From: an uncultured Bacteroidota bacterium
Lineage (GTDB): Bacteria > Bacteroidota > Ignavibacteria > UBA10030
Length of the DNA: 64,000 bases
NCBI GenBank assembly: GCA_963739335.1
Contig: CAVUAC010000063.1
Span: forward strand, 36,672-100,671
Direction of reading: 5' to 3'
Shown here: piece by piece, positions 8,580-16,891 of the stretch
Layout of the letters: each line of letters starts with the position of its first letter
Numbering within the stretch: the stretch's first letter is position 1
The notes under the pieces: generated by a model
The model's database searches: none
What the model was told of the DNA's origin: nothing
The model's input: only the letters and a program-made list of their open reading frames with translations
Position numbers and translations under genes: made by a program

Positions 8580-10238
8580 TCATTTGAGGCGCTTGATGAT
8601 GAATGTGATTTGGGTTTTGTTGTTGTGTGGGACCTGACGGATATCCATAAGCAGGCCGTTGACGGTTGAGAGGACCTCGGATTGTGTTTCGGCTGCCTTT
8701 GCTTTTGCTCTGAGCTGTTGATTTGCAAGAATCAGTTTTCGAATGTCCAGTGCGATCTTCGATGAGGTCGCGGCTCTTGACGCATTGAGCTGAGAAAGAA
8801 GAGTCTTGCTCTTTTGCCATTTCAGCTCGGAGAGCTTGAGGACGGGATCAGATGTGAATCCGTCTTTCGAGAGCTCGGTTCGATGACTATGTTCTATTGA
8901 GTCGATCTTTACGGTTTGCTCCGCGTTGGCGATCTTCTGATCGATGTCTGATAAAAAGGAAACCTTCTGGCTTTCGAGCAATTGGATTCGCTCTTGATTC
9001 AGGCTGATTTGATCCTGGAAAAACTGGGCAAGGTTCTTCCTGGCGATGAGTTCTTTTTCTCTGACTGTGTCCCCCCTCGACTTGTAGAACACCACGGATT
9101 CCTTTGGATCGAGCGTGAAGGAAATCTGGGTAAAGTTCTCGAGTTTTGGCAAGGTCAACCCTACCGGAGAATGACCCTCCTGGCCTTTGCCGGGAAGAAT
9201 CGATTTGACTGTCAAGATGCCCTTCGTGATGAAGACGTACTCGAGATTGAAGGTGCAAATATCGTGGTATCTGGCGTAGTTGAACTTGATCGTGCCTCCA
9301 CCCCCGGTGACCGGGCTGAAGATTCTAATGTTTTCAGGGAGTGAGACTCTGTCCGCGGTCGAGAGATCGCCGAAGAGATAGTTCTCCATTGATGTGTCGA
9401 TGTACGTCGTGATTTGCGAAAGCAGTTGGTTGCTGAGATCGATGCTTCGAACGAAGGAACGAGCGGGCTCACCTTTCTGACAAAGTATGTTCTCCGCGAC
9501 ATAGTCGGCCTCAAAGTCTTTTCCGAGGGTGTGCAGGTCGCCATCGACTCCCTTGAAAATCAGAGTAGAGGGATTTAGGGCCCCGATGACCTCAACTGTA
9601 CCGTTGGAGGGTTGTTTCGTGAGCATGTTGTAGGCCGTAGTGTTCGCGAACACCAGGTTGTCTTTTGAAAATCCGTTGTAGTCACGGACAGCTGACTCAA
9701 TATTCCCTTGTGTGGATCGGATGAACCGTTCATATCCCTGGTTGGCGATCAAGAAGACCGGAATGCAGCCAAGGAGGAAGAAAAGCCCGAGTATCCTGTC
9801 CATCCTGGATCCAGTCTGTAGCCGATACCGGTGGGGATTATTGACCTCCAACGGGAATACGCACTTCAAGCTTGACAGAGGATAGAAAAGCTTGACGCCG
9901 TGGACCGTCATTGTGTCAAGGAAAGGGTGTGAGGCGTATCCGGCCAAAAGGCAAGTGTAGGTGTTTGGGCTCAGCAAGTGGAGAGGAAGGAGAATGGTGG
10001 CAAGCGTGACGATGAATATGACCGAGTGTGTGAGGGTGCGATGACCAAATCGGCGCTCCAGTTTGTTGGAGATGAATGGAATTGCCCGGCCGGGGAGACT
10101 TGCAGCTGTGTCGATGTCCGGCAAGACTGATGCGATCGCAATGGTGGCAGCGTTGGGAGTGTTCAATGCTACACCCGTAGTTGTGAGCAGGAGCAAGTAA
10201 GTGAATTCAGCGAATGTTATGTGAGTGGGAGCGGTCAT
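8580..10238 (-). CDS. YdjM/DUF457-like membrane metal-hydrolase domain fused to a ~370-aa TM plus coiled-coil (membrane-fusion-like) region
   Basis: MTAPTHITFAEF...LPDIDT...GHRTLTHS...HPFLD are His/Asp motifs within TM helices, as in YdjM-family proteins. A long coiled coil follows. The start ATG 10238 was verified by hand. Confidence 0.6.
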   Translation of the reverse strand: MTAPTHITFAEFTYLLLLTTTGVALNTPNAATIAIASVLPDIDTAASLPGRAIPFISNKLERRFGHRTLTHSVIFIVTLATILLPLHLLSPNTYTCLLAGYASHPFLDTMTVHGVKLFYPLSSLKCVFPLEVNNPHRYRLQTGSRMDRILGLFFLLGCIPVFLIANQGYERFIRSTQGNIESAVRDYNGFSKDNLVFANTTAYNMLTKQPSNGTVEVIGALNPSTLIFKGVDGDLHTLGKDFEADYVAENILCQKGEPARSFVRSIDLSNQLLSQITTYIDTSMENYLFGDLSTADRVSLPENIRIFSPVTGGGGTIKFNYARYHDICTFNLEYVFITKGILTVKSILPGKGQEGHSPVGLTLPKLENFTQISFTLDPKESVVFYKSRGDTVREKELIARKNLAQFFQDQISLNQERIQLLESQKVSFLSDIDQKIANAEQTVKIDSIEHSHRTELSKDGFTSDPVLKLSELKWQKSKTLLSQLNASRAATSSKIALDIRKLILANQQLRAKAKAAETQSEVLSTVNGLLMDIRQVPHNNKTQITFIIKRLK

Positions 10239-10437
10239 CAGATGGTTGATGGATGATGGATGATGGGTGATGGTGCACCTTTTCGATGTATTGGCATAGG
10301 ATGCTAGTGAGGCGATACAAATCCATTTCGGTGACGATGGATTCGCCGCTCCGCCCATCCAGCTGAAGCGTCTTGGACCAAGCGTTTAGGATCGTTTGAA
10401 TCTCAGGGGCAGTAGGGATCCTGCGCACGATGGACAT
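10207..10437 (-). CDS. Hypothetical small protein (76 aa)
   Basis: ORF only. Its tail runs through the CCATCA low-complexity leader. Confidence 0.3.
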   Translation of the reverse strand: MSIVRRIPTAPEIQTILNAWSKTLQLDGRSGESIVTEMDLYRLTSILCQYIEKVHHHPSSIIHQPSDDRSHSHNIR

Positions 10438-10439
10438 TC

Positions 10440-10982
10440 TCAGTACTCCCTTTCCTCAGGCGGTCGATACTCTAACCTCAAATGGCGAAAAATCTCTTCT
10501 TCGCTGCGAATGGGAATGATGCTTCCTGTGTCTGTCAACAATCCGCTGCCATCCGCCTTGAGGTGCATATGGAGTTCCATCGCTCTTCGAGCAAGTTTGA
10601 CGTTGTGGTTACGGCTGCCTGTGCGAATTAGGAGCAAAGTCCACCACGTCGGCTCGGTGGCGACGTACAAGTCGATAGGAACGGCATCATCATCGACCGT
10701 TTTGAAGAAGCGTTTGATCTTTGAGCCGTTTGCCTCAAGCTCTAAGTCTCCCTGCAGACAGAGTTGAGAAAGCTGTTTGTCGAGCTGATTCTCTTGAACT
10801 GGTTCACCGAAGAGGGTGTCGTCGTCCGCCTGGATGAACCTAGGAATCGCGAGGATATCGATGTCGTTGACAGCGACTTTGAGTCGGCGAAGTGAACCTA
10901 CGATTTCGATGCGGTCGCAGGCTGCGGATATCTGGTTGATGAAGTCTTCGGCGATCTCACGGGCGAAGGTGTCGGGGAACAT
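10440..10982 (-). CDS. Minimal family-X DNA polymerase / polymerase-beta-type nucleotidyltransferase (181 aa)
   Basis: IVGSLRRLKVAVNDIDILA...IDLYVATEPTWWTLLLIRTGSRNHNVKLRRA...EEEIFRHLRLEYRPPEERE has the palm-thumb layout of minimal Pol X enzymes. ATG 10982 was verified by hand. Confidence 0.7.
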   Translation of the reverse strand: MFPDTFAREIAEDFINQISAACDRIEIVGSLRRLKVAVNDIDILAIPRFIQADDDTLFGEPVQENQLDKQLSQLCLQGDLELEANGSKIKRFFKTVDDDAVPIDLYVATEPTWWTLLLIRTGSRNHNVKLARRAMELHMHLKADGSGLLTDTGSIIPIRSEEEIFRHLRLEYRPPEEREY

Positions 10983-11056
10983 GGACGGATCTAGATTAGT
11001 TAATTGGTGATTGGTTAATTGGTGAGTGGTTAGTTCGTTAATTAGTGAATGATGTC

Positions 11057-11245
11057 GCCGCTTTTCTTTTGCTTGTCCAAAAGAAAAGCGGCAGAAAAGA
11101 AAAGGACACCCGAAATCAAATCGCACGCACAAGGAGCAACAGTCTTGGGTAGAAGTGATGCAGGAACTGTTAGCTCGACGAGTTTTCTCGTCGACCACCT
11201 TTGACCGGAGATCTACCTACGCACACCGCCGTGATTTCGGGGCCA
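11057..11245. repeat. Structured intergenic element, family 1, copy a
   Basis: It has a perfect hairpin GCCGCTTTTCTTTTG-cttgtc-CAAAAGAAAAGCGGC, then GGACACCCGAAATCA ... TGATTTCGGGG (P1 halves), with an inner hairpin CTCGACGAG-tttt-CTCGTCGA. Confidence 0.7.
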
Positions 11246-11290
11246 ACGCACAAAAGCGCACATACAAGTCGAACATATCAGCATCCTAAA

Positions 11291-12424
11291 CTATGGGGGA
11301 CGGTTGTGGGGTAAAGAGCGCTTCATCAGCACGGTGGCGGATTGTTCTTCCTCCGCTGTGAGCAGCTGAACCCAGGGTAGCGTTCCATCGCCGTTGCCGT
11401 GGAGGCAGGTCCACATCCAGGCGAAGGGATTGGCAATACGAGCTTTCTCACTGGCCTTCAACATCAACCTCAGAGCACGCAGGACAAGTTCTGGGTAGTT
11501 CACCTTCTCAGTGAGGACGTTGTATGCGTGATAGCACATCCTGAGTTTGTAGTCATCAGAGCCGCCTAGGAAAAGTTTGCGGAGCTCTGAATCGAGCGGG
11601 ACCCAGTCAAACCTGTTTGAACGATCTTCGTTCCAATTGGCTATTTCGGACCGGAACGATTGGGCGTATTCCTCGAATGCGGAGTCTGAGAGAGCGATGA
11701 GATACAGATCGGTTCCTGACTCGACTCGGTCAGCCTGAATTGCAGGCTCAGCAACCTCCGGCTGAGTGGAAAACTTGTGAATATCTCTGGCGTCTTTAAC
11801 AAGCAAATCTTTTTCTGTTCTCTCTCTATTCTCCTTCTGTATCTGTTCTTCTTCTGTTTCTAGGAGAACTTTCTCTGACTTTGTTCGAAGCGAGTCCGGA
11901 GTTTGTCCGATGTTGTCCGGACAAACTCCGGAGAGTGTTCGGAGATTGTCCGAACAATGTTCGGAGTCTGTGCGAACATTGTCCGTGTTCTTATGCCGGC
12001 GTCGCGTGTAGTCATCCGCACGTTGTTCGAATGAGGGACTGTATAAGACGTTGAATTTCAGCCACTTGTGAGAGTCGAAGAGTCCAACCTGAACGCAGGT
12101 CTCGATGACTTCTTTCAGTTTGCGCAGAGAAGTAAAGAGATTCTTTCCGAGGATTCTTACCGGAAGCCTTGGGACCCTCGCCAGGTCGAGGTGAACTGCA
12201 GAGAAGTTGTCTGCGGCTTTTTCGGAGGTTTGAAGGAGATTCATGAAAGTTTGGTCACTTTCTTCAGAGATTTGCATGACTTTCAGGTGAAATGTGTCAG
12301 AATGTTGTCCGATTTCTTCCAGGAGCCCCCAGTAGATGCCAAGACCCTCGGCTCCATGAGTTGAGCCGAGGATCTGGAGCTTCGGATCATGCCGCGCTGC
12401 ACATTCATGGTGGAACCATTTCAT
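11291..12424 (-). CDS. DUF4373 (Lin1244/Lin1753 N-terminal)-like replication-associated protein
   Basis: MKWFHHECAARHDPKLQILGSTHGAEGLGIYWGLLEEI matches the N-terminus of phage/plasmid replication-initiation-associated proteins. The coding sequence carries iteron-like repeats. Confidence 0.65.
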   Translation of the reverse strand: MKWFHHECAARHDPKLQILGSTHGAEGLGIYWGLLEEIGQHSDTFHLKVMQISEESDQTFMNLLQTSEKAADNFSAVHLDLARVPRLPVRILGKNLFTSLRKLKEVIETCVQVGLFDSHKWLKFNVLYSPSFEQRADDYTRRRHKNTDNVRTDSEHCSDNLRTLSGVCPDNIGQTPDSLRTKSEKVLLETEEEQIQKENRERTEKDLLVKDARDIHKFSTQPEVAEPAIQADRVESGTDLYLIALSDSAFEEYAQSFRSEIANWNEDRSNRFDWVPLDSELRKLFLGGSDDYKLRMCYHAYNVLTEKVNYPELVLRALRLMLKASEKARIANPFAWMWTCLHGNGDGTLPWVQLLTAEEEQSATVLMKRSLPHNRPP

Positions 12425-12461
12425 AGGATTTACTTTACTTGCCCAATCGAAAATAGAGGCT

Positions 12462-12790
12462 CAACCCTTACGGGTTGTCACTTCTCTTGCTCGTCCAAGA
12501 GAAGTGACCAAGAGAAGGACGCCGAAATCGAAACCCGCTTCATAGAGCTTCCCCCCACATGCCAGAAATTTCGGTGAGGAGTGAATACTGCATTCTCGAT
12601 GGTTGGGTTGCCTTTCACCGAAATTTGAACGCACGTGATTGAGCTGCCGACGCACACTGCCATCGATTTCGGGTAGCTCGGGGCAGGTGATCGTTCCGCT
12701 GTGAAGAAGATGGAAGAAACTCAATTCAGTAAAGCGAAGTAACTCCTGGATCAAATGGAGCAAGAGGAGAATGTAGGGATTAAGCTTCAT
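12462..12790. repeat. Structured intergenic element, family 1, copy b
   Basis: CAACCCTTACGGGTTG; hairpin CACTTCTCTTG-ctcgtc-CAAGAGAAGTG; P1 CCGAAATCGA...TCGATTTCGG; P2 AAATTTCGGTGA...TCACCGAAATTT. The right end overlaps the ATGA junction with the upstream gene. Confidence 0.75.
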
Positions 12791-14262
12791 TGAGATCCTC
12801 CGTAAGCAACGTGGGTCACTTTTTCAGCCGATAGTAGAACTGCTCGACTTTGTCGATGACACGATTTCTTTCCAAGAGCTCGGTACTGTTTGTTATAGAG
12901 ATCAGCCACCAGTGCCAGTGCAGCCTGTCGGAGCCGGGGACGTTTCAAGAACGACGCTTCAGCTGCGATGTTTTCGATGAGGTCTAGTACGACGATAGCA
13001 GTACCTTCGTTGAGCGAATGGAGATCAAACTCCGGAGTGAGAAACCGGACCTTGGATTCTGCGTCGGCGATAACTGAATCGCATTTGTGACCAAAGCTAT
13101 CAAATACCTGCTGACGAAAAGAGCGAAAGAGACGCTCGAGGAGTCTGACGTATTCAGATGGTTCCTCTTGCGGTCGTTCGTGTTTGGAATCTGACGTGTC
13201 CTCCGTCGGTTGGCCCGCTGCCAATTTCTTGGTTTGGCTCTTGAGTCGCCTTTGAAGGCCCGTGACCCGCCTCTGAAGCCCTGTGTCCCGCCTCTGAAGA
13301 GGCGGGCTAGCCCCTGGCGGCTGGGTAGCTGAAGGAGGTTGGTCTGGCACCCGATGGGTGATGACAAAGGTGCTGGCTTGGGAGCTGTCGTCGTGAACGC
13401 TGTGAGTGTGATGGTCAACGGCCCGGGGCTCGCCTACAGATGAGCCTTCCGCCAGAGAGGCGGCGGGCATAGGCGAGTTGAGAATCTTATTGATGAATGA
13501 TGTGAATTCCTCTGCCTCTTTCTCATCGTCTGGTGCCAGGGTCTCATCAGCTGAAGAGTCTTTCGAGGTACTCAGCGAACCTGGGGGAGTTCTGCTCACA
13601 CTCGCTGATGTGTCGGCCATTGTGTCAGGAACACGAATGGTCGACTTTATTGATCGTATGGACTGTGAAGCATACCTTTCCTCGATGAGATCTTTGTTCT
13701 TCTCGATGTCGTAAACTAGAATTCGCCCCCGCTTGAAAGCTGGCTGATAATGAATGATGTCGTCGGGCGAATTGATTTCCCGAAGGTCAAGGGATGGAGT
13801 CGGATTCACAAATTCATTGCATTCGATGATCCCCTTTTGGCACTCAGTGCATCTCAGGAGGGTCGCGATTTGCTTCCTTGAGAGACCGTCAATCTGGACT
13901 TTCACGCAAGGCTCATAGTAGAAGGTTGACCGGAAGCGGTTGAGAACCTGGTCGGATGCGACGTAGAGAGAGACTCGCGTTCGGTCTTCTCTGCCCAGTA
14001 GCGTAAATGTCTGGTACGCAACCTCAGCACGGATTTGAAATCGCAGATCTCGATTCATGCGTGCGCACTCGTAGATATCAGGTCCTCGGAAAAAGAGCAT
14101 ATCGTAGTAGCGTGACGCGGGCGTGTCCGAAATTGCAGGTTTCTGTTCGTATGAGATCATGATGAACCCCAACGAATCGCCAGCTTGAGAGCGGACGAGC
14201 AACTGGGGGTCTAGGTGTTTTCCTGGCACGTCGGCGATGATCTGTACTGCATCGTTCAACAT
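12787..14262 (-). CDS. Hypothetical protein (491 aa) with a low-complexity acidic/Ser-rich centre
   Basis: Long ORF in operon orientation with the internal tandem motif LQRRDTGLQRRVTGLQRRL. No domain recognised. Confidence 0.6.
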   Translation of the reverse strand: MLNDAVQIIADVPGKHLDPQLLVRSQAGDSLGFIMISYEQKPAISDTPASRYYDMLFFRGPDIYECARMNRDLRFQIRAEVAYQTFTLLGREDRTRVSLYVASDQVLNRFRSTFYYEPCVKVQIDGLSRKQIATLLRCTECQKGIIECNEFVNPTPSLDLREINSPDDIIHYQPAFKRGRILVYDIEKNKDLIEERYASQSIRSIKSTIRVPDTMADTSASVSRTPPGSLSTSKDSSADETLAPDDEKEAEEFTSFINKILNSPMPAASLAEGSSVGEPRAVDHHTHSVHDDSSQASTFVITHRVPDQPPSATQPPGASPPLQRRDTGLQRRVTGLQRRLKSQTKKLAAGQPTEDTSDSKHERPQEEPSEYVRLLERLFRSFRQQVFDSFGHKCDSVIADAESKVRFLTPEFDLHSLNEGTAIVVLDLIENIAAEASFLKRPRLRQAALALVADLYNKQYRALGKKSCHRQSRAVLLSAEKVTHVAYGGSQ

Positions 14263-14279
14263 TGTTCTTCAGTGCTCAG

Positions 14280-15563
14280 TCATTTGAGCAAGACGGCTTT
14301 CTTCGTCAAGACTCCCGACGGAGTAATGATTCGGACGAGGTATACACCCGACGGCAGAGTTGGGTCGAACAGATGGATTTGATGAATGCCTGGCAGGAAG
14401 TGTGTTTTTGGTTGTTTGTCAACCTCCTGACCCAGGATGTTGAAGAGCTTGACCCAAACATCCATTGCCTCAACAAGGTTGAGCATAAGAAAACCATCTT
14501 CGACGGATGCACTAACGAGGATTGCAGGAGCGATTTCTGGCGTTAGGGCTATCGAGGATACCAATTGAGACTTGCAGGCAGGCCGGGACTGCAAGCGAAA
14601 CGTGTCGGCTCCGATGGTGAAGAAGGAATCGAAGACAGAAATCGTTACGGTTCCCAGAATTCTTGCTTTTGCTGTTATTCCACCGTTTCCTGTCTCTGTC
14701 TGATAGATGTATCGGACCGAGGTCGTGCTCTGCAGCCGATGAAGCGTTTCCTGCGCAGGATGACGATAGATGTTCCGATCGCCTACAGAAATGACGACTG
14801 CTTCGGGTCGCAGGCTATCAAGGAAGGTGCGATTGGTTGAGTAACGGCTACCATGGTGGTTGATCTTCATTGCATCGACATCGCCAACGAATGCGGCCAG
14901 AGGAGTCTCGATATCTGTATAGGTTTCTGTCACACCTCCGCAATCTCCGCCTGTAAAGTACTTGAATGAGAAAGTTCTACCATCTACCGTGTGTTCAGAT
15001 GAAAGCAACCAGGCTATGCTGCGGTTGTTCTCGCCCGCCAGACCGCCGTCGGGCAGGTGGGCTCTGCTCCCCGCGACCTCACCGCATCTGAAAACAGCAC
15101 CATCGACAGCGAGGCATTGAAGAAAAACCTCTTTTGTGAGCTTGATAGTTTGGCCAAGATAGACTGCGGCATGCCGATTGGTGCTTTGGGCAGCTGACCA
15201 GTATTGCCGGAAAGCTCTGGATGTTGGGAGTGGGGGTGTGCCTCCTCTATCTAGAATAGTTCGAACGCTGTCTGGGGAAAGACCTTGGATGAGCTTGTCA
15301 ATGCCGCCGATGTGGTCCGAGTGATAGTGTGAGGCGACCAAGTAGTCGAGGGACGTAATCCCTAGGCTATGGAGATAAGGGAGAATGATGGTTTTTCCTT
15401 TGCCTGTGTCACCGGCGTCGATAAGGACGGTCTTGCCGTGAGAGGTTCGAATGAGTGTGGCGTCGCCCTGACCGATGTCGATGTGGTGGATTGTCACTCG
15501 CTGCGAAAACAGTTCCGTATAGACAATGAGAAGCGAGAGTAGTGTGTATAGATGAAGATTCAT
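14280..15563 (-). CDS. Secreted metallo-beta-lactamase-fold hydrolase (ComEC C-terminal-like) with T9SS C-terminal sorting domain
   Basis: The signal peptide is MNLHLYTLLSLLIVYTELFSQ. IDIGQGDATL...ASHYHSDHIGG is the HxHxDH motif. The C-terminus is ...LPSGVYLVRIITPSGVLTKKAVLLK. ATG 15563 was verified by hand, and the upstream 136 codons of track ORF 14280..15971 are repeat copy c. Confidence 0.8.
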   Translation of the reverse strand: MNLHLYTLLSLLIVYTELFSQRVTIHHIDIGQGDATLIRTSHGKTVLIDAGDTGKGKTIILPYLHSLGITSLDYLVASHYHSDHIGGIDKLIQGLSPDSVRTILDRGGTPPLPTSRAFRQYWSAAQSTNRHAAVYLGQTIKLTKEVFLQCLAVDGAVFRCGEVAGSRAHLPDGGLAGENNRSIAWLLSSEHTVDGRTFSFKYFTGGDCGGVTETYTDIETPLAAFVGDVDAMKINHHGSRYSTNRTFLDSLRPEAVVISVGDRNIYRHPAQETLHRLQSTTSVRYIYQTETGNGGITAKARILGTVTISVFDSFFTIGADTFRLQSRPACKSQLVSSIALTPEIAPAILVSASVEDGFLMLNLVEAMDVWVKLFNILGQEVDKQPKTHFLPGIHQIHLFDPTLPSGVYLVRIITPSGVLTKKAVLLK

Positions 15564-15993
15564 TGAGGGTCTGCGCGAGTAGTCATGGTCATGCAGATGA
15601 GTAGATGTGAACACCCCTGCTGGATAGCACTCGGAAGGATGTTTGTCTTTTCTCTGAGGAGAACGTTGAGTCCACTTTCTTTTTGCTCGCCCAAAAAGAA
15701 AGTGGACAGAAAGTCGCGCTGTACGGGATCCCGCCTTTCGTATTTTGAAGCGGGAAAAAAGGGCGCCGAAATCGAAACCCACGCGGGAGCGCCTCCTCCC
15801 GCCTGCCGGAAATTTCGGTGAGGAATGGTAACTGCTGTCTCGACGATTGGATCGAGACTCACCGAAATTTGAACCCACGTGGTGAAGCTGCTCACGCACG
15901 CCGCCATCGATTTCGGATAGCTCGGGGCAGATGTTCGTTCGGGCTTGAAGAACGTAGAGAAGAAGTTTCATTGAGGGTCTCCGTGAGTAACGA
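15564..15993. repeat. Structured intergenic element, family 1, copy c (with flanking ~28-nt direct repeats)
   Basis: Hairpin CCACTTTCTTTTTG-ctcgcc-CAAAAAGAAAGTGG; P1 CCGAAATCGA...TCGATTTCGG; P2 AAATTTCGGTGAG...CTCACCGAAATTT enclosing GTCTCGA...TCGAGAC. It is flanked by agattcattgagggtctgcgcgagta (15556-) and agtttcattgagggtctccgtgagta (15964-). Confidence 0.75.
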
Positions 15994-16026
15994 CGTTATG
16001 CGAATTCGGAAAAGTGCTCGGAAGTA

Positions 16027-16100
16027 TCAAATCCCCCCGACCCCCCTTTTGAGAAAGGGGGGATGTTGTGCTGGTACTCGATGCCGTGGATTTCGGTGGC
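16027..16100. repeat. Intergenic element, family 2, copy e
   Basis: caaatCCCCCCgaCCCCCCttttgagaaaGGGGGG is a G6/C6 hairpin. It is followed by the gtgGATTTCGGtggcc box. Confidence 0.6.
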
Positions 16101-16123
16101 CATATTTGCCATCTGGCAGAACA

Positions 16124-16891
16124 CTAATATGAAAGCTTCAATTTGATGAGAGCCTCCTCGTGACGGATTTGAAGAAGCGATCTCATTGCGGCTGAAAGCT
16201 CGAGCTTGGAACGTGTAAGGACGTCGAATTCGATCTTACCTTGTTGGAAGCGCAATTCATTGAAGTGGAGCAATTCCTGGATGAGGCTCATGTCTCTTTC
16301 AAGCAATGCCGACTCGGCCTGCAATGCTTGCAGTTGCTTTTCAAGAGACCTGCGAGCCTGTTGACGCTGGGCGGTGCGCAATGATAGCTCAGCGTTCAGC
16401 CGGTCCAGTTCTAAGGTGGCGTCGGTGTGCCTAGATGAATTGATAGCCTCGTTCAATGGCAGGCTGATCGATAGTCTGTATGCGTCGCGTGGAAGAATGT
16501 AGGGTGTGAAGGAACCCGGGTCGATGAATATCAGATCGTGCATGCCGAAGCTGGCCGATAAATGGATCTGTGGAATGATGCGTCTCCAAAAGCTGGTTTC
16601 CCGAACTTGTTCCGATGCTTTGGCGATCTCGAAATGCAGCAAGACGAGTTCGAGACTGTCAATAGAGGAGCTCTGAACCAAGGTGTCGATGAAAATGAGT
16701 TGAGTAGCTGCCACACCTGCGTCTGATGCAGGACGACTAACAGGTTCGCTTGCATTCAGAGAGCCCTGGTGGGCAGGTCCGCCTGCGCCCATAGTATTTC
16801 CGCGGACCTGTCCACAGAGTGGGATGCTGCAGGAGGTGAATGTGAGCAGGAAGAAAATGCTGACACGTATTGAGATTGATTGTAGGGTCAT
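16124..16891 (-). CDS. Secreted coiled-coil protein, weakly TolC/outer-membrane-efflux-like
   Basis: The signal-like N-terminus is MTLQSISIRVSIFFLLTFTSC. The C-terminal half has TolC-style heptads: LELDRLNAELSLRTAQ...ELLHFNELRFQQGKIEFDVL. Confidence 0.5.
   Translation of the reverse strand: MTLQSISIRVSIFFLLTFTSCSIPLCGQVRGNTMGAGGPAHQGSLNASEPVSRPASDAGVAATQLIFIDTLVQSSSIDSLELVLLHFEIAKASEQVRETSFWRRIIPQIHLSASFGMHDLIFIDPGSFTPYILPRDAYRLSISLPLNEAINSSRHTDATLELDRLNAELSLRTAQRQQARRSLEKQLQALQAESALLERDMSLIQELLHFNELRFQQGKIEFDVLTRSKLELSAAMRSLLQIRHEEALIKLKLSY

Noticed and set aside
12640-12680. Sigma-54 promoter within the conserved TGGC(A/G)G..GTGCGT box of the structured elements, given the EBP-type regulator nearby
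   Set aside because: The box has TGGCAG/TGGCGG but no TTGC(A/T) at the required 4-5-nt spacing, so it does not fit the -24/-12 consensus.
12461-12790. Leader-like ORFs inside the structured elements (MKLNPYILLL..PEIDGSV.., the MKLLLYVLQ.. extension of 14280..15971, 33136..33447, 17896..18396)
   Set aside because: The apparent amino-acid conservation (PEIDGG, NFGE, PKF, GFDFG) coincides exactly with the paired nucleotide boxes. In copy f the ATG-initiated frame crosses the shared box in a different frame, and the sequences are not protein-like. They are treated as non-coding, though translation of short leaders cannot be excluded.
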